Shown in pieces: positions 46,035 through 55,845 of a stretch of DNA of 64,000 nucleotides. Where the stretch lies: positions 1 to 64,000 of the IMG/VR virus record IMGVR_UViG_3300021961_000062, one strand, 5' to 3'. Every line of letters begins with the position of its first letter. The stretch's first letter is position 1. The notes below the pieces were generated by a model. The model was not told where the DNA came from. It did not search any database and was given only the letters and a program-made list of their open reading frames with translations. The stretch is from an uncultured virus (IMG/VR IMGVR_UViG_3300021961_000062) (taxonomy: Duplodnaviria; Heunggongvirae; Uroviricota; Caudoviricetes). A program made the position numbers and the translations under genes.

Positions 46035-47858
46035 ATGGCAAAACAAAATCTAACAGTATATCAAAGATTAACGAAGGTGTTCGGTTATCAAACTGATCAA
46101 CCATCTACACCTCCGCAGTATAAATTTGATAGAGATAAACTGTTAAAGACAGATAGTAAGGAAGATTACGAGAAAGAATTACTACAAAGACAACAATCAC
46201 AATACATTGCCGATAAGTGGACAAAATTAGATCAATCACTTTATAACCAATCTGTTTATTATGAACCAAATAGGTTGGCCGCATACTATGATTATGAATC
46301 TATGGAGTTTACTCCCGAAATATCAGCGTCTTTAGATATCTATTCAGAAGAGTCAACAACACTCTCAGAAAAAGGTCAGATTTTGACAATATACTCCGAA
46401 TCAAAAAGAGTGAAAAACATATTAGAAGATCTATTCTATAATGTATTGGATATTAACACCAATCTTCAGATGTGGTGTAGAGGTTTGGCTAAGTATGGTG
46501 ATGACTTTGTCTATTTAAAAATAGACCCTAGTAAGGGTGTTATTGGGTGTCAACAATTACCTAACATAGAGATCGAAAGACATGAAGGTGCCGCATCTCA
46601 GGTACATAAATCGGAACCCGCAGCAGGTGTGAAAATGCCAAGTAGGGAGTTAAGATTTACGTGGAAGAATAAAGACATGGAATTCCAAGCATGGGAGGTC
46701 GCCCACTTTAGATTATTGGGTGATGATAGAAAACTTCCTTATGGTACGTCTATGTTAGATAAAGTAAGACGTATTTGGAAACAATTACTTCTTGCGGAAG
46801 ATGCGATGTTAATCTACAGAACTTCGAGAGCACCTGAAAGAAGGGTGTTTAAAGTATTCGTGGGTAACATGGATGACAAGGACATCGAAGCGTACGTACA
46901 ACGTGTGGCAAACAAGTTTAAGAGAGATCAGATCGTAGATCAAAGGAATGGACAAGTAGATATGAGATACAACCAAATGGCGGTAGATCAAGATTACTTT
47001 ATTCCTGTAAGGGACCCATCTCAAACTAGTCCGATCGAAACATTACCAGGAGCACAGAACTTAGGTGAAATTGCAGATATTGAGTACATTCAAAAGAAAT
47101 TATTGGCAGCACTTAGAATTCCTAAGGCGTTCTTAGGTTTTGAAGAAATTGTGGGTGAAGGTAAGAGTTTGGCATTAATGGATATTCGTTTTGCGAGAAC
47201 TATTAATAGAATCCAAAAATCCCTTATCCAAGAATTAAATAAAATAGCATTAGTTCACTTATATCTTTTAGGTTTAGAAGATGAACTAAATAACTTCACA
47301 TTATCTCTTACTAATCCATCGGCACAATCTGACCTACTTAGAATTGAACAGTGGAAAGAAAAGATTACTTTATACAAAGACGCAACATCAGATCAATCAC
47401 AAATCGGTATTCAACCCGTTTCACATACATGGGCTAAAAAGAATATTCTTGGTATGAGTGATAACGATGTAATCCTTGACCTACAACAACAAAGACTTGA
47501 GAGGGCTCTTGGTGCTGAATTAGGTATCACACAGAACATTATTAAGAGGACTGGTGTATTTGATGAGGTTGATAAGAAGTACGGTATCCCCGAAGAGGAG
47601 AGACGTGCGGTCGATGCTGGTGGATCACCTGACGGTGGTGCCGGTGGTATGGACATAGGTGGAGGAGGAGCACCCCCACCGATACCTGGAGATTCAGGAG
47701 GGGGTGGTGAGGAACCTCTAAGTGAATCAAAGAAAAATAAAATATTAGGTATGTTGGGTGAGGATTCTGAAGATTTTGACGATCTTTTTGATGTCCATAA
47801 GGCACAACAGAATATTTATGAAATAGAAAATAAACTCAAAGACATTATACAAGAGTAA
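46035..47858 (+). CDS. Portal protein (T4 gp20-like)
   Basis: EDAMLIYRTSRAPERRVF, DYFIPVR, IETLPG, ALRIPK. Confidence 0.95.
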   Translation: MAKQNLTVYQRLTKVFGYQTDQPSTPPQYKFDRDKLLKTDSKEDYEKELLQRQQSQYIADKWTKLDQSLYNQSVYYEPNRLAAYYDYESMEFTPEISASLDIYSEESTTLSEKGQILTIYSESKRVKNILEDLFYNVLDINTNLQMWCRGLAKYGDDFVYLKIDPSKGVIGCQQLPNIEIERHEGAASQVHKSEPAAGVKMPSRELRFTWKNKDMEFQAWEVAHFRLLGDDRKLPYGTSMLDKVRRIWKQLLLAEDAMLIYRTSRAPERRVFKVFVGNMDDKDIEAYVQRVANKFKRDQIVDQRNGQVDMRYNQMAVDQDYFIPVRDPSQTSPIETLPGAQNLGEIADIEYIQKKLLAALRIPKAFLGFEEIVGEGKSLALMDIRFARTINRIQKSLIQELNKIALVHLYLLGLEDELNNFTLSLTNPSAQSDLLRIEQWKEKITLYKDATSDQSQIGIQPVSHTWAKKNILGMSDNDVILDLQQQRLERALGAELGITQNIIKRTGVFDEVDKKYGIPEEERRAVDAGGSPDGGAGGMDIGGGGAPPPIPGDSGGGGEEPLSESKKNKILGMLGEDSEDFDDLFDVHKAQQNIYEIENKLKDIIQE

Positions 47859-47860
47859 TT

Positions 47861-48592
47861 ATGGCAACTTTCGGACACGTAAAAAATAAAATATTGGTTA
47901 AGTTGACAGAGTCTTATGGTAAAAAAGATTTTAAAGACTCACTTAACAAATATTTCAAACCAATCATGAAAAATGGTACATTAAAGGAAATGTATTCATT
48001 ATATGAGGATTTAGAAACAATGACTTTTGATGATAAGGAAACCGCACAATTATATGTGGAGGAATTGTCTAAAGTATTAAAGGATAGATACAATGAAGTG
48101 GGTTCATCTCTTTTTGAGCTGAACGAGTCACTAAAGGATGTACAAAAGAGTGATAACCAACTATACGAATGGTTAGACGTTCTTTCTTGTCCTGACAGAT
48201 TAGGTAATATTTCTGCGAAGGTCGTCGCCAAGAAAAACTTAGTAGAACACCTAATAACTTTTAAATCAACGGATGAATTAAGAGTTGATCAAGGAGTTAA
48301 TGAAAGTTTACTTAATTCGGTTTTAGTAAATAACTTTAACGTTAGTTTTGACAAAACATTAAGTGAGGAAGAAAAATCTAAACTTAAACACATTTTGTCT
48401 TTAAGTCATGATGAGATTGAAAAGGAGACATCCACTCTGCACGAATCTATTGAAACTAAACTTACAGAATTAATATCCGAGGACTCATCTTTTAAGGATA
48501 AGGCCGATGGTGTGAAAAAAGAAATAAGTAAGATGGAGGTAAACAAGTATAACTTGTTCCGATTACAGGACCTTTTGGAAGGTCTATCATAA
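47861..48592 (+). CDS. Hypothetical head-module protein
   Basis: Directly downstream of portal. Confidence 0.55.
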   Translation: MATFGHVKNKILVKLTESYGKKDFKDSLNKYFKPIMKNGTLKEMYSLYEDLETMTFDDKETAQLYVEELSKVLKDRYNEVGSSLFELNESLKDVQKSDNQLYEWLDVLSCPDRLGNISAKVVAKKNLVEHLITFKSTDELRVDQGVNESLLNSVLVNNFNVSFDKTLSEEEKSKLKHILSLSHDEIEKETSTLHESIETKLTELISEDSSFKDKADGVKKEISKMEVNKYNLFRLQDLLEGLS

Positions 48593-48598
48593 AAAACG

Positions 48599-48624
48599 AA
48601 AGGTGTCATTAGACACCTTTTTTT
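48599..48624. terminator. Bidirectional intrinsic terminator
   Basis: AAAGGTGTC-ATTA-GACACCTTTTTTT. Confidence 0.85.
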
Positions 48625-48814
48625 ATTTCTGTTCTTGGTCTTTTAATTGTTGAATGTACTGAGCCTTCTTTTTTTGAAGTCTACGGGAAACTGACGGTTT
48701 AGTGAATTCTTGACGATCTCTAAGGAATTGGACTTGTTTCGTATTCCTAACTTTAGTTTTTAATTTTTTAAGGGCTTGATCGATGTTCCCGTTGAAGACT
48801 TTTACTATTAGCAT
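48623..48814 (-). CDS. rpsU: Ribosomal protein bS21 (phage-encoded)
   Basis: MLIVKV..NIDQALKK.K.K...LRDRQEFTKPSV.RR...KAQY; 63 aa from ATG 48814; TATTTAT 48837-48843. Confidence 0.9.
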   Translation of the reverse strand: MLIVKVFNGNIDQALKKLKTKVRNTKQVQFLRDRQEFTKPSVSRRLQKKKAQYIQQLKDQEQK

Positions 48815-48921
48815 ATTTGTTTTTAGTGTTATATACATAAATATATCAAAAAAATTTGATTTAGAAAATATTTTTAGTTATCTTTTATAGACACCATAAA
48901 AGTTAATAAGAATGAAAATAA

Positions 48922-49347
48922 ATGAAATTAGGTCGTTTTATCCCATTAGAGGATTACAAAAACGTAAAGATCGGATACGGAACAATAGATCATAAGAATT
49001 TAAAGACAATTTATTTGTCTTTTAACTCATGGTTAGAACCAGAAAATGATTGTGATAGTTTTGATACAATAATAAAATCATCAAGAAATTGTATTAAAAA
49101 ATTAATCTACAACTTAGGGTCAGATCTTTTTAGACCCGAATCTATCGTCGATTTAGATGTAAGGACAAACGGAATTAAGATAGAGAAAAGATCCTTTATG
49201 AATTTAGAGATAACGTTATATGTGAATAACCAAATCAATATAAAGGACAAAAATCTTAAAATGGACATTAACAACATGATGAAAATGGTGGTTGATGATT
49301 GTCTAAATGACGAAAGACTCTTTAATTTTAACAAAAAGAAAAAATAA
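48922..49347 (+). CDS. Hypothetical protein
   Basis: 141-aa ORF divergent from bS21. Confidence 0.55.
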   Translation: MKLGRFIPLEDYKNVKIGYGTIDHKNLKTIYLSFNSWLEPENDCDSFDTIIKSSRNCIKKLIYNLGSDLFRPESIVDLDVRTNGIKIEKRSFMNLEITLYVNNQINIKDKNLKMDINNMMKMVVDDCLNDERLFNFNKKKK

Positions 49348-49390
49348 CTTCGTTTACGATGTATTTATAGTAATAAAACTATAGGTACAC

Positions 49391-50077
49391 ATGAAGGTAT
49401 TAGGTCCTAAAGAGACGGGTAAAGGAATTCTCATCGAGTACGATGCGGGTTTTATCTCTCCTGACGAAAACAAAAAAGTAATTTCAGAAATGAAAGGTAT
49501 TGACTTCTCTGAAGACATTATCCTTTATGCGGTTTTACAGAAATACGATACTCCAAATAAAAACGGTAGAATTTATCCCGAATCCATACTTAAAAGAGAA
49601 ATGGATAAATACCAAACCGTTATCAATAAGGGTTCTGCTCTAAATGAGTTAAACCACCCCTCATCATCTCTTATCGATTTAGATAGAGTTTCCCACACAA
49701 TTACTGAAACTTGGTGGGATGGTAAGATGTTAATGGGAAAAATTAAACTACTCACTTCACCAGGTTGGAAAAAGATGGGGATTGTTTCCACAAAGGGAGA
49801 CCAAGCCGCAATGTTATTAATGAACGGTGTGACTTTAGGAATATCTTCCAGAGGTGTGGGATCACTTAAATCCGAAAAAGGTCAGAATATTGTACAAGAT
49901 GATTTTGAGTTGGTATGTTTTGACTTAGTGTCCTCACCATCAACACCTGGTGCTTATGTATTCTCAGATCCATCAGACAGACAGAAATATGATGAGTCAA
50001 TAGAAGAACAAGAACCAATACTTGACAATAGGATGAAAAAACTAATGGGAACTTTAGATAAGTTTCTTTATAGATAA
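49391..50077 (+). CDS. Prohead protease (T4 gp21-like)
   Basis: NKNGRIYP, ELNHP, RVSH, GISSRGVGS, DLVSSPSTPGA. Confidence 0.95.
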   Translation: MKVLGPKETGKGILIEYDAGFISPDENKKVISEMKGIDFSEDIILYAVLQKYDTPNKNGRIYPESILKREMDKYQTVINKGSALNELNHPSSSLIDLDRVSHTITETWWDGKMLMGKIKLLTSPGWKKMGIVSTKGDQAAMLLMNGVTLGISSRGVGSLKSEKGQNIVQDDFELVCFDLVSSPSTPGAYVFSDPSDRQKYDESIEEQEPILDNRMKKLMGTLDKFLYR

Positions 50078-50156
50078 AGAATTTTTCTGTGATTAGTATA
50101 TCATAATCTTAATTTTTCTGAAATAATAGATATTTATAATAAAACCAAATAAAAAA

Positions 50157-51386
50157 ATGAGCAAAAAATCCATTTTAGAACAAGCATTGCTTCAGGTACA
50201 AGATCTTGAAGAGGCAGTAAAAGCAAACGCAAAAGGTATACTTGCTTCAACTATGAAGGAAGAACTAAACGAAGTGCTAAAAGAATCGATGGAAGAAGAG
50301 GATGTAAATCCTACAACAGAAGACGAACATGATATGCCAGTCTCCGAACAGTTTGACGACGAGGAGGAAGGAAATGACGATGAAGCTTCAATAAACGACG
50401 AGCCAGCGGACGATGTCGATCCTGATTTAGAAGGAGGTGACGAAGAATTAGACGCTACTGATGATGAATCTGCAGATGATGCGGATTTTGACTTTGGTGG
50501 TGAAGATTCAGATCTACCTTCTGACGAAGATGACGACGAAGTTCTAGATATGACAGACGCTTCTGACGAAGAAGTTCTTAAGGTATTTAAATCTATGAAA
50601 CCTGAGGACGGAATTGTTGTGAAGAAGGATGGAAATAACGTTGAGCTTGAAGACGGTGACGACGAATACATTATCAAGTTAGATGACGAAGAAAGTGAAA
50701 TTGCCGAAGGTGACTACAACGAAGAAGAGGACTGCCAAGAATGTGGCGACTCTATGGAAGAAGAAGTTACAGAAGGTGATGAAACTATCTACGAAATCGA
50801 CTTAGGTGATGACGACGAATCTGAAGAAGTTTCTGAGGAGGTATCAGAGGAGGAATCCGAAGAAGTCTCTGAAGAGGATGCTTCTCATGAGGAGGAAGTA
50901 GATGAAGCGGCAAGAACAAAATCTAACGTACACGGAAACAAAGGTGGTGCTGACAGAGCGGGTATTGATTCTAAGAAGAAATACGCGGCTGGTGCTATTA
51001 ACGAAGAAGTTGAAACTTTAAAGAAACAAAACGCAGAATACAAGAAAGCGTTAGTATTATTTAAAGACAAACTTAACGAAGTAGCAGTATTCAACGCTAA
51101 CTTGGCTTACGCTACAAGATTGTTCACTGAACACACTACGACTCGTCAAGAGAAGTTAAACATTTTGAAGAGATTTGACGCAGTTACGTCATTAACAGAA
51201 TCTAAGAGTACATACAAAACCATTAGTGGTGAGTTAAACACTAAGACTACTGTTACTGAGTCTGTAGTTGATAGAATTTCTTCAACCCCGACTACATCTT
51301 CATCTAAAGAGGTACTTTCTGAAACAAAAGCGTATGAAAGCCCTCAGTTCAAGAGAATGAAAGATTTAATGTCAAAATTAAAATAA
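50157..51386 (+). CDS. Prohead scaffold/core protein
   Basis: Very acidic, coiled-coil C-terminus, between protease and MCP. Confidence 0.75.
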   Translation: MSKKSILEQALLQVQDLEEAVKANAKGILASTMKEELNEVLKESMEEEDVNPTTEDEHDMPVSEQFDDEEEGNDDEASINDEPADDVDPDLEGGDEELDATDDESADDADFDFGGEDSDLPSDEDDDEVLDMTDASDEEVLKVFKSMKPEDGIVVKKDGNNVELEDGDDEYIIKLDDEESEIAEGDYNEEEDCQECGDSMEEEVTEGDETIYEIDLGDDDESEEVSEEVSEEESEEVSEEDASHEEEVDEAARTKSNVHGNKGGADRAGIDSKKKYAAGAINEEVETLKKQNAEYKKALVLFKDKLNEVAVFNANLAYATRLFTEHTTTRQEKLNILKRFDAVTSLTESKSTYKTISGELNTKTTVTESVVDRISSTPTTSSSKEVLSETKAYESPQFKRMKDLMSKLK

Positions 51387-51419
51387 TAATAAAATAAAAA
51401 AAATTAATACCTAATTAAA

Positions 51420-53120
51420 ATGGGAGCATTATTAGAAAGTGGTATGGTTGGTAACATCGGTCTTAAGCACCTTAGAGTTATCAAAGAAGATACCATCAAC
51501 AAGTGGGATAACCTCGGGTTCTTAGAAGGACTTGAAGGTCATCAAAAAGACAATATCGCACAATTATATGAGAACCAAGCTTCTTATTTGATCAACGAGG
51601 CAGCAGTTTCTGATTCATCAGGATCTTTCGAAACAGTTGTTTTCCCAATCATCAGAAGAGTATTCTCTAAATTGTTAGCGAATGACATCGTATCTGTACA
51701 AGCAATGAACTTACCTATCGGTAAATTGTTCTACTTTGTACCTAAAATTCAGGACAGAAACGCTAACGGAACACACAACTCACCTTACGGAATGCCATCA
51801 AACACTGACTTGGCTGACAAAGGTTACTCTGGTAGAAACTTATATGACAGATTCTATGAGGAGGGTGATGCGGCATCTGACGGTTTATTCGATTACTCTA
51901 AAGGAGACTCTACTGAAGTATCCTTAGTGGGTGATTCGTTTGTAACCTTCGATAACGGAGCTATCACAACTTCAACTGCAGCTTTAACATCTGACGTTGC
52001 ATCTGTTATCTTAAAGGCCACAGGTTTCTCTAAACTTGGTCAAGGTAAAATCGTTGGTCCTAATGGTAACGAAATGGACTCAGAAGAGTTCTTGGCTTCT
52101 TTAGAAGTTAATCAAGGTTCAACATCTTTACCTTTCAACATCGTAACTCAGAAGTACGGTAAAGGTATCGTTGAGTACGGTAGTAAAGCAACAGGTCTTA
52201 CTGGTAAATTCCAAGACATCTGTGATGAAGAAGGTTCTATCTATTTAAATGTAGATTTACAAACCTATTCTGCATCTTCAGGTTTCTCTGATGGTGGTAA
52301 TGGTTTAGCACCTTCAGGTCTTACTTTAACCTACAGACAGTACGCTTCACTTGAGTTTGAAGATGCTATCGGTGAAGTTTCTTTCGAGTTAGAGTCAGTA
52401 ACTGTTTCTGTAACTGAAAGAAAATTAAGAGCTAGCTGGTCTCCTGAATTGGCTCAAGACGTATCTGCATTCCACAACATCGATGCTGAAGCTGAGTTAA
52501 CTGCATTGTTATCTGAGCAAATCGCTGCTGAGGTTGACAGAGAGATCTTAAGAGACTTAAGAAAAGGTGCCGCTTGGAACTTGAAGTGGGATTACAATGA
52601 GTGGAAGTACGGTGGAACCGCTGGTGCTACTTTACAAGGTTATACTCAAAAGGATTGGAACCAAACGTTGATCACTAAGATTAACCAATTATCGGCTCAA
52701 ATCCATAAAACTACACTTAGAGGTGGTGCTAACTGGATCGTTGTTTCTTCAGAAGTTTCTGCAGTATTCGATGACTTAGAGTACTTCCACGTATCTAACG
52801 CAGGTGCTGAGCAAGATCAATACAACATGGGTATTGAGAAAGTTGGTACTTTAGCTGGTAGATATCAAGTGTATAGAGATCCTTACTTCCCTGCAGGTAA
52901 GATCTTAGTAGGTCACAAAGGTAAATCTTTATTGGACGCTGGTTACATCTACGCTCCATATGTACCTTTACAGTTGACTCCTACTATGTATAACCCATTC
53001 AACTTTACACCAATCAAAGGTATCATGACCAGATACGCTAAGAAGATGGTCAACAACAGATACTTCGGTGTAATCAACGTAAGTGGTTTACAAACATTCA
53101 GCTTGGATACTTTAAGATAA
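51420..53120 (+). CDS. Major capsid protein (T4 gp23-like)
   Basis: IVSVQAM, RKLRASWSPELAQD, AEVDREI, YAPYVPL, GIMTRY. Confidence 0.96.
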   Translation: MGALLESGMVGNIGLKHLRVIKEDTINKWDNLGFLEGLEGHQKDNIAQLYENQASYLINEAAVSDSSGSFETVVFPIIRRVFSKLLANDIVSVQAMNLPIGKLFYFVPKIQDRNANGTHNSPYGMPSNTDLADKGYSGRNLYDRFYEEGDAASDGLFDYSKGDSTEVSLVGDSFVTFDNGAITTSTAALTSDVASVILKATGFSKLGQGKIVGPNGNEMDSEEFLASLEVNQGSTSLPFNIVTQKYGKGIVEYGSKATGLTGKFQDICDEEGSIYLNVDLQTYSASSGFSDGGNGLAPSGLTLTYRQYASLEFEDAIGEVSFELESVTVSVTERKLRASWSPELAQDVSAFHNIDAEAELTALLSEQIAAEVDREILRDLRKGAAWNLKWDYNEWKYGGTAGATLQGYTQKDWNQTLITKINQLSAQIHKTTLRGGANWIVVSSEVSAVFDDLEYFHVSNAGAEQDQYNMGIEKVGTLAGRYQVYRDPYFPAGKILVGHKGKSLLDAGYIYAPYVPLQLTPTMYNPFNFTPIKGIMTRYAKKMVNNRYFGVINVSGLQTFSLDTLR

Positions 53121-53146
53121 TCTTAAAAGATTCATTTTACACAACT

Positions 53147-53173
53147 AAAGGGGGACATTGTCCCCCTTTTTTT
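53147..53173 (+). terminator. Intrinsic terminator after MCP
   Basis: AAAGGGGGAC-ATT-GTCCCCCTTTTTTT. Confidence 0.88.
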
Positions 53174-53201
53174 ATTCCTATTTTTTACGTATATTTTAGA
53201 T

Positions 53202-53642
53202 ATGAATTGGACAGAATATTTTATTAGAATAGCCGAACAAGTAAAAGAGAAATCGAAAGATATTAATACACAGATAGGTGCGGTGATCGTTGGAAAAGAC
53301 AAAGAAATATTGACCACAGGATATAATTCATTTCCTAGAGGTTTAAATGACGAATTACCTGAAAGACAAGAAAGACCCGAGAAATACTTTTGGTTTGAAC
53401 ATGCGGAAAGAAATGCAATTTACAATGCCGCACGTATTGGGGTATCGTTAAAAGAATCCACAGTTTATTTAACTTCGGGTTTACCATGTATGGATTGTGC
53501 TCGTGGATTGATACAAGCGGGCATAAAAAAAGTGGTATGTAAACAAAACTGTACCACTAAGAATAAAGATAAATGGTTAGAACAACAAGAGAGATCTCTT
53601 ATTTTGTTTTCTGAGTGTGGGGTAGAAGTCGAGTTTTATTAA
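53202..53642 (+). CDS. dCMP deaminase
   Basis: TGYN, HAERNAI, PCMDC zinc motifs. Confidence 0.92.
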   Translation: MNWTEYFIRIAEQVKEKSKDINTQIGAVIVGKDKEILTTGYNSFPRGLNDELPERQERPEKYFWFEHAERNAIYNAARIGVSLKESTVYLTSGLPCMDCARGLIQAGIKKVVCKQNCTTKNKDKWLEQQERSLILFSECGVEVEFY

Positions 53643-53910
53643 GTTTTCTAACTTTAACTTTTAATTCTCCCGTACCTTTTAAGATTCTATGATATTCTCC
53701 TTCAGGTATAAAGATGGTTAGGCCCTCGTGTATATCAATAGGGAGGGAATTGTCCATTTGAAATTTCCAATCGGTGTCATGAAGAAATGTGATCTCCCTA
53801 TCTTCATTATCGAAATGCCACTTTAATTCACTTTCTTTTAAATCTGAGGAAAATACCCTAACACTGTGTGTGGAGTTCAAAATTTCTCTAAAGGGTAATT
53901 CGTCTTTCAT
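53599..53910 (-). CDS. Cupin-like protein
   Basis: KWHFD...IFIPEGEYHRILKG. Confidence 0.6.
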   Translation of the reverse strand: MKDELPFREILNSTHSVRVFSSDLKESELKWHFDNEDREITFLHDTDWKFQMDNSLPIDIHEGLTIFIPEGEYHRILKGTGELKVKVRKLNKTRLLPHTQKTK

Positions 53911-54413
53911 TTTTTCGGTGACATAATCATATTCATTATTGCCCTGTGACCGTCCTTATCGTATTCCGATAACTCTTTTAACGATTTCCTATTTAACAGT
54001 AAGATTTTATCACCATTTTCATATTCATCAAAACTATCAGTTATGTTACCCTCTTTAAACATTATTGTGGCAAAAACTTCGTAACTGTCTGAGGTTAATT
54101 CTGCATTATCCTCATCAAATTCATCATAACTATAGTGACCATCTTCATCCTCATCAGAATATGAATAATAATCTGATTGGTAGTATTCATCTGGCACCAT
54201 ATCTTTATGGAAAACATATCCCTTGTTTGTGTTGGGGTCCATAACTAATATATAATCTGACCCCTCCTTGGATTTGTAATCGTACTTATCGTACGCAATA
54301 AATTTCATGGTAGGTTTTACCCCATCTAAAGAATCATCTCTAAAACCACCTCTAGATGGTTCATCGTATTCAGGGGGGTCGTTCCAACCCTCTAAAAGGT
54401 CTAATAGTTTCAT
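53907..54413 (-). CDS. Acidic putative head-packaged protein
   Basis: MKLLDLLEG leader. Confidence 0.45.
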   Translation of the reverse strand: MKLLDLLEGWNDPPEYDEPSRGGFRDDSLDGVKPTMKFIAYDKYDYKSKEGSDYILVMDPNTNKGYVFHKDMVPDEYYQSDYYSYSDEDEDGHYSYDEFDEDNAELTSDSYEVFATIMFKEGNITDSFDEYENGDKILLLNRKSLKELSEYDKDGHRAIMNMIMSPKK

Positions 54414-54414
54414 A

Positions 54415-55401
54415 TTACCAAGGATTCGAAGATTTGATACCCAACGCCTTTCTGTATCTTGAAATGTTACAACTCCAATATCCTGCCTTGGTACGGTCTT
54501 TTTTATCTTTACAATTGTGTCTCGCCCTAAACGATTTGGCCGCGGCTTTATTGTTATTTCTTACTCTTAGGTTGGGATCACCAAAAGTCACTTTCTTGAT
54601 ATTACCACTTGGGGACTTTACATAGACCGCAAATTTCTTAGGTCCACCCGGTGTTCTAAACGGTTTATTTAATTTGACATTTCTACCTCTATGTTTAGCT
54701 TCAACTAAATATTCTTCTTCACCCTCCACAAAAGGTATATCTAAATAAACTTCGACACCTTCATACATACCTGTAACACCTAAATCAGTTTGGATTAGAT
54801 CTAAGTCCACTCCGGTGACTTCTAAGACGTTTTCTTCATGTAATCGACGTACTTCATTATATAAGTTAAAAAACTCCTCAGAATAGATCCTATAGACGTT
54901 CTCAACGATAGGAAGTTTCTTATTTAGGTGGTATTGTATACCCTCACTTAGAGTGATTGAGGATTCAGTAATATTTTTAAGTGTTGGATATCCTTTTGGT
55001 AGGGATTGAACGTCTAAATTGTTCAATACTAAATTTATAACTCTACCTTCATCAAATCTTGTAAATGTTGGGGTATTTCCTTTACCCGTTTTTGGATCTT
55101 TTTTCTCCGCTCGTCTTTTCTGCGATGTCATTGATTTTTTTTCTTTTTTATCATATGAAGACGCAACTTTAGGGGTTTTCTTAGATACTTTTTTGGATGG
55201 TCTACATTTTGGATAACCTTTTCTTGATCCATCTCCGTCTGCATCCTTTCTACCACATGGAGGGTGTTTGCCATCTATTTTTCTAGATACATCAACCCAT
55301 TTCTCTTTGAACCAACGGCCAAGATCTTCTTGGAGAACCTCACCATTGGCAAGACACTCCTCAATGTATTTCTTATCTTCTTCGTTGATTATTATTTTCA
55401 T
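54415..55401 (-). CDS. Modular basic late protein
   Basis: Two basic Cys-containing modules (WFKEKWVD..CGR..YPKC; KKFAVYV..FGD..SFRARHNC..YWSC) separated by xxE sites. Confidence 0.55.
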   Translation of the reverse strand: MKIIINEEDKKYIEECLANGEVLQEDLGRWFKEKWVDVSRKIDGKHPPCGRKDADGDGSRKGYPKCRPSKKVSKKTPKVASSYDKKEKKSMTSQKRRAEKKDPKTGKGNTPTFTRFDEGRVINLVLNNLDVQSLPKGYPTLKNITESSITLSEGIQYHLNKKLPIVENVYRIYSEEFFNLYNEVRRLHEENVLEVTGVDLDLIQTDLGVTGMYEGVEVYLDIPFVEGEEEYLVEAKHRGRNVKLNKPFRTPGGPKKFAVYVKSPSGNIKKVTFGDPNLRVRNNNKAAAKSFRARHNCKDKKDRTKAGYWSCNISRYRKALGIKSSNPW

Positions 55402-55832
55402 TACTTTTTCTTTTTACAATAAGAACCTGAACATCTCTTCTTACCATCTAAACCAGGCATGGTTCCTTTACAAACTTGGACCGCATACCCATTGGCATAT
55501 GCGGATGGGTAAACGTCAAACTTAGATTTTGCTGCGGATATGCCACGAGAACATAATTTGTTCTTATTTTTCTTTTCTTCGTTGATTGCTTCTTTGGTTT
55601 CATTCATGAAGAAATCTAATACTTGATCAATGTTTTCTTTCGCCACCGTTACGTGATCGTCCGCCCAATCATGACCATTTTGTAAAATTTCTTCTATGAT
55701 CATTGGGTCTAACTCTAATAACATTTCACACTGCCTCTTTATTTGTTGTAAATTACTAAAGAACATGTAATTTTCTGTTCTTTCTTCCTTTAAAGAGGAT
55801 AAATGTTTTTTTATAATTTCCTTCAAGTCCAT
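55401..55832 (-). CDS. Late protein with basic C-terminal module
   Basis: ATG 55832 is 4 nt after variant TACTTAT; KFDVYPSAYANG. Confidence 0.55.
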   Translation of the reverse strand: MDLKEIIKKHLSSLKEERTENYMFFSNLQQIKRQCEMLLELDPMIIEEILQNGHDWADDHVTVAKENIDQVLDFFMNETKEAINEEKKNKNKLCSRGISAAKSKFDVYPSAYANGYAVQVCKGTMPGLDGKKRCSGSYCKKKK

Positions 55833-55845
55833 ATCTATAAGTATT

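Noticed and set aside
50192..51094. Ser-rich antisense ORFs (also 41360-41644 and many others nested in long genes)
   Set aside because: Reverse-complement artefacts of Glu/Asp-rich or otherwise biased real genes; no promoter or motif support
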